Origin: Blastocatellia bacterium
Lineage (GTDB): Bacteria > Acidobacteriota > Blastocatellia > Pyrinomonadales > Pyrinomonadaceae
Assembly: GCA_963732475.1 (NCBI GenBank)
Contig: CAVSZR010000001.1
Span: 11,631 to 75,630 of the forward strand
DNA: 64,000 bases
Direction of reading: 5' to 3'
Part shown: positions 31,866 through 41,707 of the stretch, piece by piece
How the letters are laid out: the number at the start of each line of letters is the position of its first letter
Position numbering within the stretch: the first letter of the stretch is position 1
Notes under the pieces: generated by a model
The model's input: the letters and a program-made list of their open reading frames with translations, nothing else
Database searches by the model: none
What the model was told of the DNA's origin: nothing
Program-made: the position numbers and the translations under genes

Positions 31866-33938
31866 TCAGATCGACAGTCCGACGTTGCCTTCCAGAACCT
31901 GTACATCGAGGTGCGGCCGCTCGCCCGGTTTCCACAGCTTGGCGACATGGGCGACGCGGTAGCGTATCGGGCCGCCGTCCGGCTCGGGCTTCGGGTGATG
32001 GGCCGCGGGATGCAGACGAACTCGGTTCGCATCTCATTGGCCGTGAGACTGCACCTTCGCGTAGCCGTGGCCGCCTAGGTCGACGAACTCGAGGTGCGGC
32101 GCGAGCTGCGGGTTCGAGAGGCCGAGTGCTCGCTTGAGGTCGAAGCTTTTCGCATATTCGAGGCAAGAGCGGACGCCGTGGCGCAGCAGCATGTTGTAGG
32201 TCCAATCCGGCTTGCCGCCGTCCGGGTCGGTCGGCCAGGAAGAGGGCCCGCAGCGGATGATCTTTGCGGAGGCCATGCTCTAAGGCTTCCATTCGCACCC
32301 GGGCTTGTCAATGACCCTCCGACGAAGCTCAATCCGACGGGCTCAAATTTCCGCGGCGGAAGATGTGCGGCGGCGTATCCGGCCCAGAAGGCGTGGCGGT
32401 CGCCGGACACGATCGCAAAGCCCGTGATCTTCGCATCGCGCACGAGGTCGTAGATCTCCTTCCGCTCGGCATAGGCCGCGCCGAAATCGTCGGTCCTGCC
32501 TATCCCGTAAGTGTCGGCCGGCCACGGATTCTTCACCATTCCGGCGGGAAGGTTTTGCATATCCACGCGGTTGTCGAGAGCGCCGAGCGAATTTCCCCAG
32601 ATCTTCCACGTCGCCTTCGACTTGCGCAGCTGAGTCCTTGAACCACGCCTTCTGCTCGACGCCGAGGATGGTCCGCGGCTGCTTGTCTTTGCTCGGGTTC
32701 GGAATGCGCACATCGCGGAATTGAAGTTCGGCAGGCGGCTTCCCGCCGTCGAAGGCGCGTCCCGCGTCGAGCGCGATCATCGCTTCCTCCGAAAAGTAGC
32801 CGCGGAACGACGGGTCGTAGATCTTTCCGACCTCCTCCGCGTCGCTCGGGTCTTCGCCGGCGAAGCTGCGCTGGTCGGTGATGATGAGGTCGAGGTGCTT
32901 GCCGTATCGGAACGCGCGGTAAGCGATCAGGCTGCGGATCGCGGCGAGGTTGTTCGGCTCTTGACCCAGCCCGTTCTCGTCCCACTTGTCGATCTTGACG
33001 TTCTTGACCGCAACCTTCCCGAATTCGGCGAGCGAGCCGCTCGGCGGCGTGACGCGAGCCGGAATGTATTCGAACCAGGCCTGATTGGCGGCGACCTTGA
33101 CGGTCTGGCCGGGCTGCGGCGGACCGCCCTGCTGGAGAATGCTTTGTCGGCCCTGCCACGAGAATTCGTGATTGTCCCACATGCAGACGAACGGCCAGCG
33201 GGCGCGGGCATCCTGCAGGTCGGGATCGGCGAGATAGCCTTTCCATACGGCGCGGTAGCCGTCAACGGTTTTCGGCCAGTAGAGGTTGCCGGTCTTTCCC
33301 GCGTCGGGGATGCGGCAGACCTCGTAGATCGTCCGGTCATAGCGGGTGGCTCCTTCTTCCGGATATTGAACGACCTCGTAGATGAAGTCGCCAAGGTGCA
33401 GCACAAAGCCAAGCTGATCCGCGGCCTGAGCGCGTTCGTCTTCGAAGATCATCCGGCGATAACCGTTGAGCTTTCCTTCGTTGACGCTCTGGCAGCTGAC
33501 GAATGCAAAATTGACGTCGCGGTCATCTTTGTCCGTTGGCGCTGTCATCGTACGGCCCACGCGGCTGCCAAACCCAAGGTCATCCGTGAATCGGTACCAG
33601 TAGACGGTACGCGGCTTAAGGCCGGCAACCAGAACGCGGCATGTCCAGTCAGCATCCGCTGAGATGGATGTCACGTTCTTTCCAACGACGCGTCGAAAGG
33701 CAGAGTCCTCAGCGATCTCAACCGTCAGTTTAGCCGCTGCCTTATCTACAGGCGGCCGCCGCGTCCACAAAATGATACTGTCGGGTGCAGGATCTCCCGA
33801 GGCTACGCCCTGCGGGAAAAGGTCGCGCCGCTCTTGCCAGCCAACCGACGAGGCTTGTGCTCGGCTCGTCGCCCACATCAACACAGCACCGAAGGATGCC
33901 GCCTGTTTTACAAATTCTCTCCGACTGATATTCTTCAT
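31866..33938 (-). CDS. phoD: PhoD-family alkaline phosphatase with Tat signal (at least 4 frame shifts; may be a pseudogene)
   Basis: The Tat signal is SRREFVKQAASFGAVLMWATSRAQA. PhoD-like motifs include FVSCQS, HLGDFIYE, WDNHEF and, in ORF 32075..32713, IVSGDRHAFWAG. The C-terminus continues in two further frames down to LEGNVGLSI-stop at 31866. Confidence 0.75.
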
Positions 33939-34029
33939 ATCTTCTCCTGCCGTATGTCACGGGTTTGCTATTTTGTGTTATTAATACGGCTGCTTGCGGA
34001 GAGAAGTTTTTATTATGGTTAACGTTAAG

Positions 34030-34183
34030 ACGGTCGTCGCAAAAAAATCTACGACGCACAGAACCCTTTCGCGTACTGGATCTGCTTGAGGACGTGCAGG
34101 AACTGGCCAACTTCTTCGAACGCCGCGTCTCGGCCTACCAAGTTGCTGTCGCGGGTGATGTGTCATTTAACGAGGCATTTTAA
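34030..34183 (+). pseudogene. orphan duplicate of the nrdB 3' end (last ~50 codons)
   Basis: ...QKNLRRTEPFRVLDLLEDVQELANFFERRVSAYQVAVAGDVSFNEAF-stop compares with the nrdB end ...QKVYGAKNPFSFMDLQDVQELANFFERRVSAYQVAVAGEVSFNEAF-stop. 34097..34137 is identical to 31659..31699 (41 nt). Confidence 0.8.
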
Positions 34184-34192
34184 GAGTTTTAG

Positions 34193-34262
34193 CTCGCGAA
34201 TTACGCAAATAACCGCGAATGAGATAATCTTTTCTTATTCGCTCTTTTCGCGTAATCGCGGG
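34193..34262. repeat. triple-unit hairpin (unit CGCGAAT)
   Basis: The left arm CTCGCGAATTACGCAAATAACCGCGAATGAG pairs, with bulges, to the right arm CTTATTCGCTCTTTTCGCGTAATCGCGGG. It lies between the relic nrdB stop and the next gene. Confidence 0.7.
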
Positions 34263-34278
34263 CAAAATTCTTATAGCA

Positions 34279-35256
34279 ATGAACAATCAGATCACAGACT
34301 TTATTAAACACCACTACCGCCATTTCAATTCGGCGGCACTTATCGACGCGTCCGAAGCATACGTAAAGCATCTAGACGCTGGCGGGAAGATGATGATCAC
34401 GCTTGCAGGTGCAATGTCGACGGCGGAACTTGGGCTGAGCCTCGCGGAGATGATACGTCAGGACAAGGTGCAGATAATTTCTTGTACGGGGGCGAATCTT
34501 GAGGAGGACCTTTTCAATCTCGTCGCTCACGATTTCTACGAACGCGTGCCGCATTACCGCGACCTGACGCCGCAGGACGAACAATCCCTGCTCGACCGGC
34601 ACATGAATCGCGTGACGGACACCTGCATCCCGGAACACGAGGCAATGCGGCGGCTTGAAAAAGCGATGGTCGATGTCTGGACCCGGGCCGAGGCCGAAGG
34701 GCAGCGTTACTATCCGCACGAATTTATGTATCAAGTGCTGAAAAACGGCTCGCTTGAAGAGTATTACCAGATCGACGTGAAAGATTCGTGGATGTACGCC
34801 GCTATGGAGAAGAACCTTCCGATGGTCGTGCCGGGCTGGGAAGATTCGACGATGGGCAATATGTTCGCTGGCCACGTCATCACCGGCGATGTCGAGAACG
34901 TCCACACCGTTCGCACCGGCATCGAGTATATGACGATGCTCGCCGAATGGTACACAGAAAACGCTAAGGACGATTCGACCATCGGTTTTTTCCAAATCGG
35001 CGGCGGCATCGCCGGTGATTTCCCCATCTGCGTAGTACCGATGCTCCACCAGGACTTGCAGCGAGACAACGTTCCCGTTTGGGGTTATTTCTGCCAGATC
35101 AGCGACTCTACGACCAGCTACGGCTCCTACTCTGGCGCAGTGCCGAACGAAAAGATAACCTGGGGCAAACTCGAAGCGACAACACCTAAGTTCATCGTCG
35201 AATCCGACGCCTCGATCGTCGCACCGCTCATGTTTGCTTATATTTTGGGGTGGTAA
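34279..35256 (+). CDS. deoxyhypusine synthase-like protein
   Basis: Intact 325-aa ORF. TLAGAMSTAELG, ISCTGANLEEDLF, GWEDSTMGNMF and QIGGGIAGDFPI are characteristic of the bacterial DHS-like family. Confidence 0.8.
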   Translation: MNNQITDFIKHHYRHFNSAALIDASEAYVKHLDAGGKMMITLAGAMSTAELGLSLAEMIRQDKVQIISCTGANLEEDLFNLVAHDFYERVPHYRDLTPQDEQSLLDRHMNRVTDTCIPEHEAMRRLEKAMVDVWTRAEAEGQRYYPHEFMYQVLKNGSLEEYYQIDVKDSWMYAAMEKNLPMVVPGWEDSTMGNMFAGHVITGDVENVHTVRTGIEYMTMLAEWYTENAKDDSTIGFFQIGGGIAGDFPICVVPMLHQDLQRDNVPVWGYFCQISDSTTSYGSYSGAVPNEKITWGKLEATTPKFIVESDASIVAPLMFAYILGW

Positions 35257-35274
35257 AAGCCGTTTAGGAAAATA

Positions 35275-35736
35275 CTAATTTTTTCTTTGAAGTTCGATCA
35301 GATCGTTGATATCTTTTGGCCTTCCGCTAGCTTGTTTGTTGACGAGCAGGTCATTGTAGCTGATCACTTTCGCCGCGCAGCCATCGATCTCAGTGTCCAT
35401 ACGCCGTGAGTAGCAATCGGCAAAATACACACCGTCGATGTGGGTAATGACCTCGATCTTGAACGGGGCAATGCCCATTCGTACTATACTTTTTTCAAGC
35501 GTAAATAACTCGGGTGACAGTTCATCTGATGCAAGGCCAAAGGTTACAAAGACTCGATATATCCTTTCGGCGTTTTCCTTAGAGTTCAAAATCCAGAAAT
35601 CGATGTCGCCCGTCGGTCTCGGATAACCGTGCAAACCGACCGCGTAGCCGCCAACGAGCAGATATTCAACCTCATTCGCCTCTAACAATCTCAAGAACTC
35701 TTTGAAGTCTTCGGGTAGCCGGATCGTTGTATCCAT
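35275..35736 (-). CDS. nucleotidyltransferase-fold protein (DUF2204/AbiEii-like toxin candidate)
   Basis: From the internal Met at 35736: LPEDFKEFLRLLEANEVEYLLVGGYAVGLHGYPRPTGDIDFWI has a GG...GDID nucleotidyltransferase-type signature. The C-terminus is GRPKDINDLIEL. Confidence 0.55.
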   Translation of the reverse strand: MDTTIRLPEDFKEFLRLLEANEVEYLLVGGYAVGLHGYPRPTGDIDFWILNSKENAERIYRVFVTFGLASDELSPELFTLEKSIVRMGIAPFKIEVITHIDGVYFADCYSRRMDTEIDGCAAKVISYNDLLVNKQASGRPKDINDLIELQRKN

Positions 35737-35884
35737 AGGCACTTTGTCGCATAAGCTCAAGGGCGTGGAGGCGTTCGTCAATCGTAGCGTCGTGCCAATG
35801 CTGGCGGTCGGCCTCGTCGGCGTCTTCAAAACTGGTAAAGACCTGAATTGCCGTCCTGTCGAGTTTTACGTCATCGATATTCAC
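35672..35884 (-). CDS. small hypothetical protein upstream of the nucleotidyltransferase (antitoxin candidate)
   Basis: A 70-aa ORF (KLDRTAIQVFTSFEDADEADRQHW...ERLHALELMRQSAYGY). It overlaps the start of the nucleotidyltransferase gene by 65 nt in another frame. Confidence 0.4.
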   Translation of the reverse strand: MNIDDVKLDRTAIQVFTSFEDADEADRQHWHDATIDERLHALELMRQSAYGYNDPATRRLQRVLEIVRGE

Positions 35885-35950
35885 TATCTAATTATACCAT
35901 TTATCGCACAGTGTTTTTGCTAATATTAGATAGGTCTTTAAGGTAGTTTC

Positions 35951-37402
35951 ATGGAACATTTTGACGTCTTAATTATCGGTGCGGGGTTGTCGGGGATCGG
36001 TGCCGGTGCACATCTGCGGATGGAATGTCCGGACAAGACGTTCGCAATTCTCGAGGGACGTGAGCGGAGCGGTGGGACTTGGGATCTGTTTCGATATCCG
36101 GGTGTCCGGTCGGATTCGGATATGTTCACGCTCGGATATAGCTTTCGGCCGTGGCGGGACCAGAAAGCGATCGCCGATGGGCCTTCGATCCTCAGATACA
36201 TTCGCGAAACTTCGGCCGAATATGACCTCGATAAGGAGATACGCTACGGACATCGCGTCAGGCGTGCGACTTGGTCTTCCACAGACTCGCGATGGACAGT
36301 CGAGGTCGAAATCGCCGATGGCCGCTCGATTACATATTACATGTTCCTTTCTGTATCTGTGCACGGGCTACTACGAGTACGAACAGGGCTACACGCCTGA
36401 TTGGCCGGGATTTGACGATTACAAAGGAACCATAATTCATCCGCAAAAATGGCCCGAGGGACTCGACTACGCGGGCAAGAACGTTCTCGTGATCGGTAGC
36501 GGTGCGACGGCGGTGACGCTCGTTCCGGCGATGGCGGAAACGGCAAAGCATGTGACGATGCTGCAGCGTTCGCCGACGTATATCGTGACGATGCCGTCGC
36601 AGGATAAGGTCGCGAACTTGTTTCGCTCGCTGCTGCCGGCGAAGGCCGCGTACGCGGCGGCACGTTGGAAGAATATCGTTCGGCAGGCGTTCTTTTACGC
36701 GGGGTCCAGAAAATATCCCAACGCGATGAAGCGGCTGATCGGCAAAAGGCGTCCGCAAAGAGCTCGGTGACGAACAGCTCGAAAAGAATTTCACGCCGAA
36801 GTACAACCCGTGGGAACAGCGTCTTTGCGTCGTTCCCGATTCTGACCTCTTCGAGGCGATCCGCGAACGGAAAGGCGTCGATCGTAACCGGGAATATCGA
36901 GACCTTCACCGAAACTGGCGTGCGCCTTGAAAATGGCGAGGAGCTTAACGCTGATATCATCGTTACCGCCACCGGCCTCAATCTCAAGATCATGTCCGGC
37001 CTCGAACTCGTTGTCGACGGTGAACCGGTCGATCTATCAACAAAGCTTGCCTACAAAGGCATGATGTACAACGACGTGCCGAATCTCGCACAGGCATTTG
37101 GCTATACAAACGCCTCGTGGACGCTGAAATGCGATCTCACGTCAAAATATGTCTGCCGCCTGATCAAACACATGGACGAGCATGGCTTTGCGAGCTGTAC
37201 GGCACGTGCGGATGACCCGAGCCTTGAGCGTGTCCCGGTGCTCGATTTCAATTCGACCTACGTTCTCCGCGTGCTCGACGAGCTGCCGAGCCAAGGGTCA
37301 AAGCACCCTTGGCGGCTGCATCAGAACTATTTTAAAGATCTGTCGATGCTCCGCTACGCCCGGCTTGATGACGGTGTGATGGAGTTTCGACGCCCAGATT
37401 GA
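35951..37402 (+). CDS. flavin-containing (Baeyer-Villiger type) monooxygenase (at least 3 frame shifts)
   Basis: The FAD motif is VLIIGAGLSGIGAG. The BVMO-like fingerprint is YKGTIIHPQKWP. The second Rossmann motif is VLVIGSGATAV. The sequence continues through ORFs 35951.., 35979..36770 and 36665..37402. Confidence 0.8.
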
Positions 37403-37559
37403 GTTATTATCAATACTGTCGGAACCGTTTGTCCTCAATATGAAATTTCCCGCCGCATTATATGTCTGACGAACAAACGACCGAGACGCGCCTTGGGACA
37501 CTTGTGACGCGTCGCAAAGCGGCGAAATCGGAGTGCAAAATGTTGTATCATAGTCACTT

Positions 37560-38534
37560 ATGCGCGAGGCTAAGATTATTGTAACCGGCGGCGCCGGTTT
37601 CATTGGGAGTGCGGTCGTTTGGCGGCTGAATCAACTTGGTTATGACGACATTCTGATCGTCGACCGAATGGATGAAACGGACAAATGGCAGAACCTTGCT
37701 CCGCTGCGGTTTGCCGATTACCTGGACGCGGACGATTTTGCCGAAGATCTAGAAATGTTTACGGATACCGCTTGCGTCCTTCACCTCGGAGCGTGTTCCT
37801 CAACAACTGAAAGAGACTCGGATTATATGCTCCGCAATAACTTCGAATACACGAAGCTTGTTGCGGCATGGGCGTGGGCGAAGGATGTTAGGTTTATCTA
37901 CGCTTCCTCTGCGGCGACGTATGGCGACGGCTCGGCCGGGATGAATGACGGCACCGACGAACTGCAGGGTTGCGGCCGCTGAATGTTTACGGGTACTCGA
38001 AACACCTGTTCGATCAATTCGCGACTCGAAACGGGATGTTTGCCAGCATAGTCGGCTTGAAATATTTCAACGTCTTCGGGCCGAACGAAGATCACAAGGG
38101 CGATATGCGCAGCCTGGTGAACAAAGCGTTCGACCAGATAAACACAACCGGTAAACTCCAACTTTTCAAGAGTGCAAATCCCGCATACGCGGACGGCGAA
38201 TTTGGCCGCGATTTTGTTTACGTAAAAGATGCGGTCGATATGACGCTGCATTTTATGGAGAACAAAACCGGCGGCCTGTTCAATGTCGGGTCCGGTCGGA
38301 TGAATACTTGGAATGCCCTGGCGGCGGCCATATTCGAGGCCCTCGAACATCGAGCCGAACGTTGAGTTTATCGATATGCCGAAACACCTTCGCGACCGCT
38401 ATCAATATCACACGCAGGCCGATCTGACCCGGATTCGCGAGGCTGGATATAATGGGGAAATAACGCCATTAGGCGAGGCTGTCGCTGATTATGTTCGAAA
38501 TTATTTGAGACCCGGAAAACATCTGGGAGATTGA
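37560..38534 (+). CDS. hldD: ADP-L-glycero-D-manno-heptose 6-epimerase (two frame shifts near 37975 and 38345)
   Basis: IIVTGGAGFIGS, ...YASSAATYG, then PLNVYGYSK (YxxxK) and KYFNVFGPNEDHKG in ORF 37970..38365. The C-terminus YQYHTQADLTRIREAGY is in ORF 38313..38534. Confidence 0.85.
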
Positions 38535-38568
38535 TGCGTTGCTTACGACGCCGGCTTCTGCAAGTACT

Positions 38569-39522
38569 ATGAAGATATTCCATGGCACAGAAAACGCAAG
38601 TATTTTGCGGCCTACGGTGCTGACGCTGGGCGTTTTTGACGGATTGCATCTTGGGCATCAGCGGATAATGCAGACCGTGGTTGACCGGGCGAAGGTGGTT
38701 GGAGCGGTGCCGACGGCCATCACGTTCGACCCGCACCCACGTGCGGTGCTGCACGCTGAATCGGCTCCTCCGTTTTTGCAAACGCTCGACCAACGCCTTG
38801 CGAATTTTGATGTTCTTGGGATCGAGCAGGCAATAGTTATCACATTTGACAAGGATTTTGCTGCTAAACCCGCTGAGGAGTTCTTGCATGAGATAATTCA
38901 CGACCGCCTTCATGCCAGGGAAGTGTATCTTGGCAAAGGCTTTGCTTTCGGCAAAGGCCGTGGCGGGAACATTGAACTGCTTCGAGCAGCGAGCAGCGAG
39001 CTTGGCTTTTTTGCCGACGAAGTGCCTGAAGTTCGGCTTCGCGGGCATCGGATAAGCTCATCTCGCATTCGCGACCTGCTCGCAACGGGTCACGTTAATC
39101 TTGCCCGGCGGATGCTTGGCCGGCCATACGGCGTCGAAGGCGTTATCATTCGCGGGAACCGTCGCGGCCACACGATCGGTTTCCCGACAGCCAATCTCAA
39201 ACCGCACAATCGCGTCATTCCGCGTTACGGCGTTTACGCTACTGCGACTCTGGTCGACGGCACGTGGCGGCGGAGCATTACAAATATAGGTGTTCGTCCG
39301 ACGTTCGAGAACGACGCCGAGCCTTCCATTGAATCCTATCTTTTCGATTTCGACGGCGATCTGTACGGCGACGTGTTCCGCGTTCGTTTTCTACACCGGA
39401 TCCGTGACGAGCGTAAGTTTAACGGAATAGATGAGTTAAAGGCACAGATCGAGAAAGATTCGGCGCGGGCATTGAACTATTTCCGGCATGAAGGCGTACG
39501 GAATATGTTGAATTTGCTATGA
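38569..39522 (+). CDS. ribF: bifunctional riboflavin kinase / FMN adenylyltransferase
   Basis: LTLGVFDGLHLGHQ, SSSRIRDLL and GFPTANL...GVYA...NIGVRPTF are RibF signatures. The start is taken at MKIFHG. Confidence 0.9.
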   Translation: MKIFHGTENASILRPTVLTLGVFDGLHLGHQRIMQTVVDRAKVVGAVPTAITFDPHPRAVLHAESAPPFLQTLDQRLANFDVLGIEQAIVITFDKDFAAKPAEEFLHEIIHDRLHAREVYLGKGFAFGKGRGGNIELLRAASSELGFFADEVPEVRLRGHRISSSRIRDLLATGHVNLARRMLGRPYGVEGVIIRGNRRGHTIGFPTANLKPHNRVIPRYGVYATATLVDGTWRRSITNIGVRPTFENDAEPSIESYLFDFDGDLYGDVFRVRFLHRIRDERKFNGIDELKAQIEKDSARALNYFRHEGVRNMLNLL

Positions 39523-39884
39523 AGATCAAAGAGCTAAAGCCAATGATGTCGACGGAAGACCTGCACGGCACGATAGATTTTTATACGAATATTCTGGGCT
39601 TTACTTGCGACAATGTGAACGACGCTTGGGGATGGGCGACCCTGTCCATAGATAGAGTGTCCATAATGTTTGCCCGCCCAAATGAGCACGTACCATATGA
39701 CAAGATCGGTTTTACTGGCTCATTCTACTTTAGTACGGACGATGTTGATGCGATGTGGGCGAAATTGAAGGACAAAGCTGCGGTTTGCTACGGCATCGAA
39801 AACTTCGAATACGGGATGCGTGAATTTGCCGTGTTTGATAACAACGGTTATTTGCTTCAGTTTGGGCAGGAAATTAAGAATTAA
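39519..39884 (+). CDS. VOC (glyoxalase/bleomycin resistance) family protein
   Basis: 121 aa, with DFYTNILGF...REFAVFDNNGYLLQFGQ, typical of the VOC fold. Its start overlaps the ribF stop (ATGA). Confidence 0.75.
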   Translation: MKIKELKPMMSTEDLHGTIDFYTNILGFTCDNVNDAWGWATLSIDRVSIMFARPNEHVPYDKIGFTGSFYFSTDDVDAMWAKLKDKAAVCYGIENFEYGMREFAVFDNNGYLLQFGQEIKN

Positions 39885-39967
39885 ACGATTTGGCCGTAGA
39901 TGTTGACCGAAACCGTATTCCGATCCGGTGCATCTGCGGCTTTGGTTTGTAATAAGATGGATCTTAG

Positions 39968-41707
39968 ATGAACGAAGCATTGGAAAAACGGGCATTGGCG
40001 GTAAAGGAAGTGACGATCGTCGAGCCGGAGGAAAACGGCGTACGAACGATGGTCCCGACGGCGACGCTTCCCATCGCGAAACTGGTCTCTAACGAAGATA
40101 TTATTGCCGAAGAGCGGGAACTTGCGGCGACCGAAACTGACATTGGGAACAGATACCTCGGTTTGCGCGGTTATTTGCGCCTTTTTCAGGTTTCGCGTGT
40201 GATAGGGATGCTGTCGCTTTACCTGTACCTTGATCAGTACGATATTCATCACGGACAGCAACTGAAGCAGGCTAAAGCCCGGATGCAGAATGCCGAACGG
40301 CTGACGCGAGCAGCGGTTTACGGCGAGAAACTATATGCGGTTCGCTCATGGTTGTTTCATGTTTTCATGCTTTTTGTGCGGCGTGTCTTTATCGGAAGCG
40401 ACGCGAACAAAGAAGCGAATCAGGAAAGACAGGCCGTTTGGCTGAAGGACAAGTTGATCAAGCTCGGGCCGACATTTATCAAGATCGGTCAGTCAATGGG
40501 AACGCGGGCCGATCTGCTCCCGCTGCCGTTTGTCGTCGCACTTGGTGAACTGCAGGACAACGTTCCGCCGTTTCCGAACGAAGTTGCCTTTGCGCGGATC
40601 GAGAAGGACCTCGGCCGAAAGATCAACGACGTTTATGCCGAATTTGAGCTTGAGCCTGTCGCGGCTGCCTCGCTTGGGCAGGTTTACCGGGCGAGCCTGT
40701 TCACCGGCGAAGAAGTGGCCGTAAAAGTTCAGAGGCCGAACCTCGAAGCTGTTATCAAGGGTGACATCGGCATCCTCCGCAGCGTGGCTAAATTTGCCGA
40801 GCGGTTTCCGCAGTTGAACGAAAATGCCGATTGGTCGGGCATGCTGCGCGAATTCGACGTGACGATCCACGAAGAGATGGACTACGAGGCCGAGGGCCGA
40901 AACGCCGAGCGGTTTCGTGATCATTTCAAGAATTGGCCGAACGTCCACGTTCCAAAAATTCATTGGCATGCGACCACATCCAAGGTGCTTACGATGGAAT
41001 TTATCCATGGAACAAAGGTCACGGATCTCACCGAACTCGAACGCCTAAAAGTTTCGCCTGAAAAAGTGAATCGGCTTCTGATAAAGACCTATCTGAAACA
41101 ACTTCTGGAAGACGGCTTTTTCCACGCCGATCCGCATCCGGGCAATCTGCTGGTGATGCCGGACGGCCGGCTGGCGTTCTTCGATTTCGGAATGGTCGGA
41201 CGCATCACGCCGCAGCTCCAGGCAAAAATGATCGACGCGTTTTTCCACGTGGTTGGCAAAGATCCAGGCGGCATTGCTCAAGACCTAATAGATCTCGATT
41301 TTCTGAAGCCCGGAACGCGACACGATGTGATCAAACCGGTAGTCGAAAAGATGTTCCAGTTTCATTTCAACCTGAAGCTGAAGGACGTCAATTTCAAAGA
41401 GCTGACTTACGACCTGGCGGACGTTATGTACGATTATCCGTTCCGGCTGCCGTCGAATTTTACCTACATAATGCGTGCTTTGATGACCCTCGAAGGCATC
41501 GGCATCGTAACTGACCCTGAGTTCAACTTCTTCGAGACTGCCAAGCCATTTGCCAAGGAATTCATGCTCCGCCGCGAAGGAGCCGATTTCCGCAAAATGT
41601 TCGTCAACAAAATAATGGGCCGCGACGAAGGCGGCAAGATCGACTGGGACCGGACGTGGAAGCTCGCGAAAATGGCGTTTAAGACGGTGTTGAATACCGG
41701 GCGATGA
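39968..41707 (+). CDS. ABC1/UbiB-family atypical kinase
   Basis: LGPTFIKIGQSMGTRADLLP, AAASLGQVYRA, VAVKVQRP and FFHADPHPGNLLV...FDFGMVG are ABC1 family motifs. The ORF is intact. Confidence 0.85.
   Translation: MNEALEKRALAVKEVTIVEPEENGVRTMVPTATLPIAKLVSNEDIIAEERELAATETDIGNRYLGLRGYLRLFQVSRVIGMLSLYLYLDQYDIHHGQQLKQAKARMQNAERLTRAAVYGEKLYAVRSWLFHVFMLFVRRVFIGSDANKEANQERQAVWLKDKLIKLGPTFIKIGQSMGTRADLLPLPFVVALGELQDNVPPFPNEVAFARIEKDLGRKINDVYAEFELEPVAAASLGQVYRASLFTGEEVAVKVQRPNLEAVIKGDIGILRSVAKFAERFPQLNENADWSGMLREFDVTIHEEMDYEAEGRNAERFRDHFKNWPNVHVPKIHWHATTSKVLTMEFIHGTKVTDLTELERLKVSPEKVNRLLIKTYLKQLLEDGFFHADPHPGNLLVMPDGRLAFFDFGMVGRITPQLQAKMIDAFFHVVGKDPGGIAQDLIDLDFLKPGTRHDVIKPVVEKMFQFHFNLKLKDVNFKELTYDLADVMYDYPFRLPSNFTYIMRALMTLEGIGIVTDPEFNFFETAKPFAKEFMLRREGADFRKMFVNKIMGRDEGGKIDWDRTWKLAKMAFKTVLNTGR

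Noticed and set aside
32533-33662. Several long ORFs (32721..33662 +, 32533..33246 -, 32927..33412 -) inside the GC-rich insert
   Set aside because: High GC suppresses stop codons in all frames. Only the frame set with PhoD motifs and the Tat signal is protein-like. The others are Arg/Pro/Ala-rich shadows.
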